Made by a program: the position numbers and the translations under genes. DNA of 64,000 nt from a virus. Positions 29,024 through 37,800 of the stretch are shown here, piece by piece. The stretch's first letter is position 1. Each line of letters begins with the position of its first letter. The notes below the pieces were generated by a model, which did no database searches, was not told where the DNA came from, and worked only from the letters and a program-made list of their open reading frames with translations. The stretch spans positions 1-64,000 of IMG/VR virus record IMGVR_UViG_3300025133_005699; one strand, given 5' to 3'.

Positions 29024-29536
29024 ATGCCTATAGTAATCCCTACAGGCGTTTTTAACGTCTATAATGAGGCGGTCACTCTTTTTGAGAGGGTCGCCACGTT
29101 AGTATATCCAGAAAAAAAAGAACAGTGTCCTAACTGTTATTTGGATACTCTAGGTACTCGCACGCGATCTGTTAGCGTGTACAAGACTGGCGGCCCTTAT
29201 CCTTTTGGTAGAGGTATGCCGTGCCCTTACTGTGATGGCAGAGGCTACAAGGCAATTGAAGTTGAAGAGGATGTTAATATTAGAATATACTGGGAGCCTC
29301 GCCAATGGAAAGATGTTGGCATGGCTATAAATTTACCAGAGGGCTCAATACAGATAATATCAAAAATGACAGACTTACCAAAGCTAGATAAAGCTAAATA
29401 TCTAATACCTAAGTCTTATGGAGATATAAGTAATTACCACACTATGAAGTTTACTAAGGCTAGTGCCGCTTATCCTCAGGGGTTTAAGCAAAACCCAGAG
29501 AAATACGCCGTTACCTTTTGGACAAGGAATGGATAA
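29024..29536 (+). CDS. Head-closure/neck-like protein with Zn-finger insert
   Basis: CPNC...CPYCDGRG; neck-cluster position. Confidence 0.5.
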   Translation: MPIVIPTGVFNVYNEAVTLFERVATLVYPEKKEQCPNCYLDTLGTRTRSVSVYKTGGPYPFGRGMPCPYCDGRGYKAIEVEEDVNIRIYWEPRQWKDVGMAINLPEGSIQIISKMTDLPKLDKAKYLIPKSYGDISNYHTMKFTKASAAYPQGFKQNPEKYAVTFWTRNG

Positions 29537-29538
29537 TA

Positions 29539-30159
29539 ATGGCTAACATTAAACTAATACAGAGTGTCGCTCAAATAGAGAAAGAGATTATGCAAGCTCT
29601 TGTTAAAGAGGTTAATTATGTCTTTAGAAACTCTATGGGTAAAATGCTATCGCCAATAAGAAGGATCGTTTCGTCTGCAATAGAATCAAGTCCAGTGATA
29701 TCATCGCTAAATGGGGGTATTCTTAGAGCTGACTTTGGTATCCCTAAAGGCAAAGACGTCACAAGCGCGATTGTTGCATCTGTTGCAAACTCCACAGTCA
29801 TTAGCATGAAAAGATTTTCAGTCGCCGGTAAAAAGATTTCGGGCGGCCTCTTTATACATGTACAGCCTTCTAGCTTTGCTAATTTATTATCTCTATCAGT
29901 CGGAGAGATTATTACAGAAAAAGGGACGCGATTACCTTGGTTAGAATGGTTGCTCACCTTAGGAGATCAAGTCATTATTGCTGATTTTGGGGTTGAATAT
30001 ACTAGCGCCGGGAGAAGTGGTGCGGGTCACATGACATCGCAGGCGAGGCCTTTTAAGGTTAATACTAGCTTCTCTGGAACTACCGGAAATAACTTTATTA
30101 CCAGAGCGTTGGATAGGCATGTGGGCGAAATCGCTAAGGTTATAGAGAGGAGTATATAA
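29539..30159 (+). CDS. Neck/tail-completion-like protein (start likely ATG 29539)
   Basis: LPWLEWLL, NNFITRAL; position. Confidence 0.5.
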   Translation: MANIKLIQSVAQIEKEIMQALVKEVNYVFRNSMGKMLSPIRRIVSSAIESSPVISSLNGGILRADFGIPKGKDVTSAIVASVANSTVISMKRFSVAGKKISGGLFIHVQPSSFANLLSLSVGEIITEKGTRLPWLEWLLTLGDQVIIADFGVEYTSAGRSGAGHMTSQARPFKVNTSFSGTTGNNFITRALDRHVGEIAKVIERSI

Positions 30160-31151
30160 TGGCAGAAAACGAACAATATAAACATTTAAGAGGTATTGTA
30201 AACACCCAAGACGCCAATCTATCGAACACCCTTCTAGAAAACTTTATATCTTTTTACGATTGGGGCTTTACTGATGTTGGCGCTTTTTATAATATAGAAA
30301 TCCCCCAGTCTGGTATCTATGGTGGAGACAGACATAAGCTTCGAGTTGTCGATGACCCTAATTATACGGATGGTCAGGCGTGGGAAGGGTATCGCTCTAA
30401 TTGGGTTTGGGAAACAGGTGTTCTAAATTCAGAACAACCAATAAGAATTTCTGGCGTTTTTGTTGGAGGTACGTTTAGGGCTACTGGTAATGTAGAACAG
30501 CCTTATCATATAAATTACCCAGACGGCAGGGTTGTTTTTGACACCGCTGTTTCTACCAGTACCGAAGTTAAATTAGAATATGCACATAAATGGGTTAATG
30601 TTATTCCCGCAGAGGGCGTGCCTTGGTTTAGGCAAATTCAGCAAGGCTCTTTCAGGGCTGATAATACAACCTTTACGCAGTTTGGGTCTGGCGACTGGGC
30701 ACAGCTAGGTCAAACCAGAGTTCAGCTACCTACTATTGCTGTAGAGGTAGACCCCACAAAATCACTACAGGGTTATCAATTGGGTGGTGGACAGATAATA
30801 AATTCAGACGTGGTTTTCTATGTTATTACAGAAACCCACTGGGAATGTAGCAATTTAATGGATCAAATAGCCTATCAAAATGATAGAAATATATGGCTGT
30901 TTGATACAAACAAAATAGCTGTATCTGGGGTATATCCTCTTGATTATAGGGGAGAGCTTAATGAAAATGCTTTACCTAGCGGTCTTTATCCTCAGTTGGT
31001 AGATGACGCACCAAATGTAAGTGATCCATCTTATAATCTTAGATATAAAAAGTGTTTTATAAGCGATACAAGATCGCAACCTATAACGGAGCTATCGCCA
31101 GAGCTATACATGGGAACAGTTCGATGTTCCACGCAAGTTAGAGCAATCTAG
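30159..31151 (+). CDS. Tail terminator-like protein
   Basis: QLPTIAVE...YQLGGG; immediately precedes the tail tube gene. Confidence 0.5.
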   Translation: MAENEQYKHLRGIVNTQDANLSNTLLENFISFYDWGFTDVGAFYNIEIPQSGIYGGDRHKLRVVDDPNYTDGQAWEGYRSNWVWETGVLNSEQPIRISGVFVGGTFRATGNVEQPYHINYPDGRVVFDTAVSTSTEVKLEYAHKWVNVIPAEGVPWFRQIQQGSFRADNTTFTQFGSGDWAQLGQTRVQLPTIAVEVDPTKSLQGYQLGGGQIINSDVVFYVITETHWECSNLMDQIAYQNDRNIWLFDTNKIAVSGVYPLDYRGELNENALPSGLYPQLVDDAPNVSDPSYNLRYKKCFISDTRSQPITELSPELYMGTVRCSTQVRAI

Positions 31152-31169
31152 CCTGCTTTTTATGTTTTT

Positions 31170-31185
31170 TGTGTATATATTTATA
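31170..31185 (+). promoter_or_regulatory. Late promoter motif, copy 7
   Basis: TGTGTATA tattta TA. Confidence 0.75.
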
Positions 31186-31243
31186 ACTAACCCAGAGGGC
31201 CAGAGGTGGATAGTTATACATATATGTTAATAAGGAGAAAATT

Positions 31244-32272
31244 ATGGCGCTGAATAATAGAATTTTCTATGCGTGTCAAGCGGTTGCAGTTTGCAATACG
31301 GGTTATCCCCCGACGGATGGTGCGTCTTCAAACGTCGCGTTTGTGAAAGGCGTTCAGTCGGTTGGTATTACGAGTAACTTTACTTTAGACCAAGCATTTG
31401 AACTGGGCCAAATTGAAATTTATGAGAACTCGGAAGAAATCGCCGATATTGAAGTTACTATTGAAAAAGTTATTGATGGAGACAAGCTTATTTATGGATC
31501 TGCTTGTGGTAATTCTGTCAAGACTGATATGGTCGCGGCAGGTAAGAAAAAGTGTGATATCTACTTAGCTATCTATACAGACGCTGCTTCAAGTACGAGT
31601 GCTACTACACCCGTTCAGGTTGTAATGTGTTCTGGTATGTTTGTTAGCTCTGTTTCTTACACTTATCCTTCTGATGGTAATGCCACAGAGTCGTGTTCCT
31701 TTGTTGGGAATGATAAATTCTGGACAGATGGGGCCAACGCCTCGGCAGCAAACCCAAAAACCGCATTTGGTAGTCCGACCACTGATTTTGATGGTGCGGA
31801 TGTTCCATCATCGGGTCTTGTAAGAAGAACAAATGTTGATATTGAAAACTGTAGTCTTCCAGCAGCCGTGAAGTCACAATCTTCGGGCGCTGGTGGAAAA
31901 AGTGGAGGTCATCATATCGTAAGCATGAGTGCAAGTACTGACTTTGGTCGTGAAAGTATCATGGAACTCGGTAAATTTGGCCCTTATCACAGATACGCAG
32001 GCTTCCCAGTTGAAGTAACTAGCGAATTTGAGGTAACGGCAGCTAGTGGTGACTTAGTTAATGTTTCAGGTAGTCATCCTAATCTTCACGCCACAGGTGA
32101 GCAGATTACGCTTAAAGATGATGCCGGTACGGTCATTGACTTGGGTAATAAGAACAAGCTATCTTCGGTTTCTTATTCTGGTGGCGACACTGGTGGTGGA
32201 AACGCAACAGTTACTTATTCTTACTCAACATTCAATACGTTCAACATCAATGGTGGTGGAACTTATTGGTAG
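31244..32272 (+). CDS. Major tail tube protein
   Basis: GVQSVGITSNFTLDQAFELGQ; internal duplication (two ELG motifs, two SSVSY...GNAT motifs); strong SD. Confidence 0.7.
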   Translation: MALNNRIFYACQAVAVCNTGYPPTDGASSNVAFVKGVQSVGITSNFTLDQAFELGQIEIYENSEEIADIEVTIEKVIDGDKLIYGSACGNSVKTDMVAAGKKKCDIYLAIYTDAASSTSATTPVQVVMCSGMFVSSVSYTYPSDGNATESCSFVGNDKFWTDGANASAANPKTAFGSPTTDFDGADVPSSGLVRRTNVDIENCSLPAAVKSQSSGAGGKSGGHHIVSMSASTDFGRESIMELGKFGPYHRYAGFPVEVTSEFEVTAASGDLVNVSGSHPNLHATGEQITLKDDAGTVIDLGNKNKLSSVSYSGGDTGGGNATVTYSYSTFNTFNINGGGTYW

Positions 32273-32279
32273 TAGATAA

Positions 32280-32330
32280 TTCGCGATAGTCGCTAGCACA
32301 CAATTCGGGACGTGTGCGGTGGCAAGCGAA
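32280..32330 (+). other. Structured intergenic hairpin
   Basis: TTCGC/GCGAA, GTCGCT/GGTGGC, GCACAC/GTGTGC, 10-nt loop; no U tract. Confidence 0.55.
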
Positions 32331-32365
32331 AAAGAGACGTTGGAATGGACTAAGGAAGGGTTTAG

Positions 32366-33415
32366 ATGTCAAATATAGATATCGAAAAAGCTTTATATAG
32401 AATTATACAAGGTCGCTTGCGCTATAAGGTGCGAGACGGCCTTGTTCTATATATACATGAGCCTACACCAGAGCTAGTCTATGAGTCTTATGACGTTTAC
32501 GATGAAGCCTACGAAAAGGCCTACTGGAGAGGTGTCTACGTTAAAGAAGAAGTCCTCCCCATACTCTTAGAAAACGATTACTGGAGCCCTCTAGACGACA
32601 AAGAGGCAGAAAGAGTCCAGAAGGAAATTGAAGACAAAAAGCTAGAAGCCTTTAAACAATTTATCCACAAGAAGCAGCTCGGCGCCATTAAAAGGGAAAT
32701 ATTCTACCTAGAGAAAAAATGGCAAAAGCTATATCTAAAAAAGAATTCTCTAGACCATGTAACATGCGCGGGATGCGCAGAGCTAACTAGAAACCAATGG
32801 CTTATTGAGAAGACAACAAGATTTCCTGATGGTTCTTCCTATAGTTGGAAAGAAGCCTCTGTCCCTAGCGCTACGAACTATAGAGCCTCTAGTGCTATTT
32901 CACAAGGGATGTATAGGTCTGTTGCTAGATCTGACACTTGGCGAGGAATGTGGGGCGCGGGCAAAGGAACAGAAATATTTGGGGTGCCCTTTTCTAGGAT
33001 TACGCAAGAGCAGGCTAGACTTTGCATGTACGCTAGAATGTATGATAACGTGGCGGAAAGTCCGGAAGCTCCCATAGAGGAGATAATAGCGGATGATATT
33101 TGTCTTGATGGATGGTTCATAGATCAGAAGAAAAAACAAGACAAGCAGAAGAAACAAAACCAAGTTGATGGGATGATCTCGAATGATAAGATTAAGAACT
33201 CTGGAGAGGTGTTTGTTATGGCTCAAGACAAAGAAGACGCCCAAGAAGTATACGATCTCAACGATGGGATGGCCAGAAGCACAGTACATCAGAGACAAGC
33301 ACAAATAGACGGGCAAGAGGACATGATGAAGTTCCAAGAGCTTGCAGACGTTAAACAAGATATAGGAATACAAAGACAACAACAGTTTAGTCAATCACTT
33401 AAAAATAGGAGATAA
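32366..33415 (+). CDS. Tail assembly chaperone-like protein (paralog A, with C-terminal extension)
   Basis: Between tube and TMP; N-terminal half aligns by eye with 33782..34786. Confidence 0.55.
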   Translation: MSNIDIEKALYRIIQGRLRYKVRDGLVLYIHEPTPELVYESYDVYDEAYEKAYWRGVYVKEEVLPILLENDYWSPLDDKEAERVQKEIEDKKLEAFKQFIHKKQLGAIKREIFYLEKKWQKLYLKKNSLDHVTCAGCAELTRNQWLIEKTTRFPDGSSYSWKEASVPSATNYRASSAISQGMYRSVARSDTWRGMWGAGKGTEIFGVPFSRITQEQARLCMYARMYDNVAESPEAPIEEIIADDICLDGWFIDQKKKQDKQKKQNQVDGMISNDKIKNSGEVFVMAQDKEDAQEVYDLNDGMARSTVHQRQAQIDGQEDMMKFQELADVKQDIGIQRQQQFSQSLKNRR

Positions 33416-33426
33416 AGGAATGAAAA

Positions 33427-33789
33427 ATGGATGATTACAATGCTTTACTGAAGCAGTCCCTTGACCTAAAGGGCAAGAGACAGGAAAAGTATAAAGAGCT
33501 ATCGAAGGATAGGCTGTATAAAATAGCTAAGAAAAAAATACAGACAACTATGATCGGTGCTTTGGATACGATAGAGAAAAGCTTTGGTTTTTTGTGGGAG
33601 TCCGATGAAGAATTAACTAATGAGCAAGTTCAACTTAAAACTATTTTTGAAGATGCTCGCTCACAAATTCTAGATCGGGGAAATACCCAAATGAGAAACC
33701 TAGAGGCGGAAATGACACAGTACGACATTTCTTGGAACAGACATACAATTAATTTACCAGTAGTAGAAAAAGGAGAAGATAATGAGTGA
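33427..33789 (+). CDS. Hypothetical helical protein
   Basis: 120-aa ORF with its own SD. Confidence 0.6.
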   Translation: MDDYNALLKQSLDLKGKRQEKYKELSKDRLYKIAKKKIQTTMIGALDTIEKSFGFLWESDEELTNEQVQLKTIFEDARSQILDRGNTQMRNLEAEMTQYDISWNRHTINLPVVEKGEDNE

Positions 33790-34786
33790 TAAGAAGGATA
33801 AAGATTTTGTAGAGGTTAACGCTAAAGACAAGAACGATAAAGACGTTACTGTCTGGGTTAAAAGACCTTCTACGGCAGAGTACAAGGATTCTCAGATTGA
33901 GTATAATAAGGCTTTTCGCGAAGCGTTAGAAGGCGGAGCTATTCTTAAGAAAAAGCTTGGCGAATACATGAGGTCTCAGGGGCTTTGGGATGATGCTAAA
34001 GATTCTGAAGAAAAGAAACTTCTTGCGGCAGTAGCAAAAGAAGAAGGCAAGCTCAAAAAGGGTGGTATCCCTCTTGAAGATGCTAAACAGATTGCGCTTG
34101 ACTTGAGAAAGACGCGCGCTAAATTTAGAACTCTAATCGCGGAGAGAACTTTGTTGGACTCTAATACCGTTGAGGGCCAATCTGACAATGCTCGCTTTAA
34201 TGCTCTAGTAACACTCTGTGTTTTGGATACAGATAAGATTACGCCAGTGTTTGAAGACTTGGCTCAGTATGATAAAAAGGGTGACGAGCCTTGGGCCATT
34301 GAAGCCGCTAGTGAGTTAGCTTCTTTGATTTATGAGTTAGATCCTAATTATGATAATACTCTTGAAGAAAACAAATTCCTCAAGAATTATAACTTTGCTA
34401 ATAAAGAAAATGAGCTGATTAATTCTGACGGGCATGCAATTTTTCTAGATCAGGAAACAGGCAAAGAACACCTGATCGAAACAGAAGGTATGCGATTTGT
34501 TGCTTATCGCACAGAAGAAGGTTATCAAAAGCAGGATGAAGAAGATAGATATTTCGTTAATAAAGACGGAGTTGAAATTGATGAAGATGGTAATCCTGTT
34601 GTAGATGACTTTGTTCCATTCTTGGATGATTCTGGCAAACCTATCCCTGTGCCTATTAGCGCAGAAGAGGCGGAAAAAGCTGCGGAAGAAGCCGAAACCA
34701 ATGAAGAAGAGGCTGAGACAGCTGAGGGCGAAGAAACCACATCAAAAAAGCGTGGTAGACCAAAAAAGACTGAAGAAGTTACATAA
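33782..34786 (+). CDS. Tail assembly chaperone-like protein (paralog B)
   Basis: VWVKRPSTAE...; acidic C-terminus; directly upstream of TMP. Confidence 0.6.
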   Translation: MSDKKDKDFVEVNAKDKNDKDVTVWVKRPSTAEYKDSQIEYNKAFREALEGGAILKKKLGEYMRSQGLWDDAKDSEEKKLLAAVAKEEGKLKKGGIPLEDAKQIALDLRKTRAKFRTLIAERTLLDSNTVEGQSDNARFNALVTLCVLDTDKITPVFEDLAQYDKKGDEPWAIEAASELASLIYELDPNYDNTLEENKFLKNYNFANKENELINSDGHAIFLDQETGKEHLIETEGMRFVAYRTEEGYQKQDEEDRYFVNKDGVEIDEDGNPVVDDFVPFLDDSGKPIPVPISAEEAEKAAEEAETNEEEAETAEGEETTSKKRGRPKKTEEVT

Positions 34787-34789
34787 TTT

Positions 34790-34805
34790 TGTGTATATAA
34801 ACGTG
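34790..34805 (+). promoter_or_regulatory. Late promoter motif, copy 8
   Basis: TGTGTATA taaacg TG. Confidence 0.75.
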
Positions 34806-34814
34806 GACAGTCTT

Positions 34815-34864
34815 AAAGGGGTAGCAAACGATACATATATGTATTTCGAGCTGCCCCTTTTTTT
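34815..34864 (+). terminator. Terminator-like hairpin in the TMP leader
   Basis: AAAGGGGTAGC...GCTGCCCCTTT stem with inner ATACAT/ATGTAT palindrome, then a T run. Confidence 0.75.
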
Positions 34865-34891
34865 ATATCAAACAGAGCATGAGAGGAGAAT

Positions 34892-37800
34892 ATGTCAAAA
34901 TTCAATTTAACAGCGCAGTTGAGCTTGGCGCCTCCTACAAACGTTCCTCAAATAGTTAGGCAGGTTAATCAGCAGCTTCAGGGTATACAGATGCAGATTA
35001 ACCCTGTTGTTAATGCCAAATCTCTTAACCAAGCAAATCAGGCTGTTCAGAGGGTTGGAGTAAGTGCAAAGGTTACTTCCAAAAATCTAAATACTGCTGC
35101 CGGTTCGGCAAACAGTTTGGGTTCTGCATTAGGGGCGGCGGCTAGAAGGTTCGCCTCTATTACGTTGGCTACGGGTTTCTTCTTAGCCTTGACTAGAGCT
35201 CTAGGTTCTGCTGTTGGTAGGGCTATCGAGTTTGAGAAAGAGATGTTGAAAATTTCTCAGGTTACTGGTAAATCAGTGCGGTCACTTAGGGATCTCAGTA
35301 ATGAGGTAACAAGACTGTCTGGTAATCTAGGTGTATCCTCCGAAGAATTATTAAATGCTGCGAGAACTTTATCTCAGGCAGGTTTTGCTGCCGACAAGGT
35401 AACTGGGGCGTTGAAGGTTTTAGCTCAGACTGATTTAGCTGCTACGTTTGATAACATTAAAGACACGACAGAAGGCGCTATAGCTATTCTTAGTCAGTTT
35501 AGAAAAGAAGTTCGGGCGGCGGGCGGAGAAGTTCAGTTCTTAGAAATGGCTATGGACTCCATTAACGCAGTCTCTAAGAGTTTTGCTGTCGAGTCTGCCG
35601 ACCTTATCTCTGTGGTCAGAAGGACTGGTGGTGTATTCGAGGCTGCCGGTGGTAAGCTAAATGAATTGATTGCCTTGTTTACATCTGTTCGTGCGACAAC
35701 CCGTGAAACCGCTGATACTATTGCTACTGGTTTTAGAACTATCTTTACTCGTATCCAGAGGTCTGAAACTATTGATAGCCTTAGAGAGCTAGGTATTGTT
35801 CTTCAGGATACTGAGGGCAAATTTGTTGGCCCAATGCAGGCTATAGCGAGACTCTCTGCCGGATTACAAGCTCTTGATCCGAGAGACTTTAGATTTAATG
35901 AGATTGTAGAACAGCTTGGTGGATTCCGTCAAATTGGTAAGGTTATCCCTCTTATTAAACAGTATACCACGTCTACTGAGGCCTTAGCGGTAGCGAATAA
36001 CGCGATGGGTTCTACCGCTAGAGATGCAGGTATTGCTCAACAGGGTCTTGGCAACCAGTTTGCACAGCTGAAAGAAAAGTTTGATGCCACTGTTCGTTCT
36101 TTGGCTGATAGTGATACATTTCAAACCCTAGCCACATCGGCAATTAAAATGGCTGAAGCCATATTGAGAATTGTTGATGCCCTTGAGCCATTGCTTCCTA
36201 TGTTGACTGCTCTGGCGGCATTTAAGTTAGGTCAAATTGCAATTCCGGCGTTTGGTAAATTTGCCGGTATTAGCGCAAATGCGGGTGGTAAAATACACGG
36301 CTTCGCTGGTGGTGGTATGGTTCCCGGTCGAGGAAATAGAGATACAGTTCCGGCGATGTTAGAGCCCGGTGAGTTCGTTATGCGCAAATCCGCAGTCAAG
36401 AAAATTGGCGCGAACAATATAGCACAGATGAATAATGGCTATGCTGCGGGTGGTATTGTTACTGGGAGACGAAATAATTATGGTTTTAAGCCAAACAAAA
36501 AAACTTTTGATAAAGCCTTGACGCCGGAAGATAAAGCGCGATTGTTAGGTACGTCAGAATTGGCATCTAAAGAGACATCTGAGGACGCCAAAGTTTTAGC
36601 TGCTATTGGTAAAGCGAATGCAACTTATGGCCTATCTACAGGCACGGTTCCGGGTGGTTTTTCTCTTGACGCATCAACTAAGCAGGTTAAAGAAATAACA
36701 AGTGACAAGCCTTTAGGCAGCATCCCTCTTACCAAAATGACAGCTAAGGATTTTCAAATATTTGCCAAGGGCATTATGGCAAAAGTGCCGGGATCTACCA
36801 TTGATGATGTAGCTCAGGCACAGAGATCAGGCGTTACGACTAATGCAACCATGCAGGCTTCGTCATACCCTATTGCTTCTATTGTAGAAAGTGGTGTGAG
36901 GTCCCAAGTAGACAGCGATCTGCAAGCTAGTGCTGCGCAAGGACTAAAAGACTCTGTTGAAGAGACAATATCAAGATTACAGTCTAGTGACGCGGGTGCA
37001 ACCGTTAAGAATATGGGACTAACACTCAGTAGGGGTGCAGCACAACGAGCTGCGACAACCACCTCGAAAGATGAGCAAGCAGTTTCCTCGATGGTCGGGT
37101 TTTTGTTTGAGGGTGTTATTGATGCTATGTCGGGTGCAACACCTGCGGGAGAGAGAGCTAGTTTTGACTTACCAAGAGAGTCTGTAAGCTCAGCAAGACC
37201 TGAGTTAGTGAAATTGTTTGGTTCGCAGGCTAACCAAATGAAAATGGCCGAAGTCAAATCTTCTTTTGGAAAGCTATCCCAAATTCCAACAAAACTAAAA
37301 ACATTTATAGGCGAACAAAGCAAAGTAGGACAAAGAACAACGGGAATAGATTTAAAGCGTGTAGGCTTCGCCAAAGGAGGTAAACCAAAAGGCACAGACA
37401 CTGTTCCCGCAATGCTCACACCCGGTGAGTTTGTAATGAAAAAATCCGCCGCTCAGGGTATAGGTTATTCCAACCTTCATAGAATGAATCAATCTAATGG
37501 TGTTAATGGATATGCCGCCGGTGGTATTGTTACTGGGACAAGAGGGTTTTACGGGAATGGAGTGCCCGGTGGAGGCGCGTCTATAGGAACTATTCCCGGC
37601 ATAGAAAGCGCGTCTAAAGGCTTTACACAACTTGCTAAAAGTATAGGGGATCTTGTTGGACAGCTGATAAGAGCTGGCGAATCTATTACATTGGGCGCAA
37701 ATTCAGCGTCTGAAAAGCTGGTTCAGGGTGCAAATGTACTTGGGCCGGAACTCAGTCAGGCGGGTCAGGCATTTATAGGTTTGCCCGCAACGATTTTGAA

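Noticed and set aside
34744-34768. Two in-frame A_AAA_AAG heptamers at the end of the pre-TMP chaperone gene as a G/GT frameshift site
   Set aside because: The -1 frame hits a stop within a few codons in both cases (TAG, TGA); they simply encode Lys-Lys
34605-34910. +1-frame ORF bridging the chaperone gene and TMP start
   Set aside because: Shadow of a Glu-rich coding region; runs through the promoter and terminator; no SD
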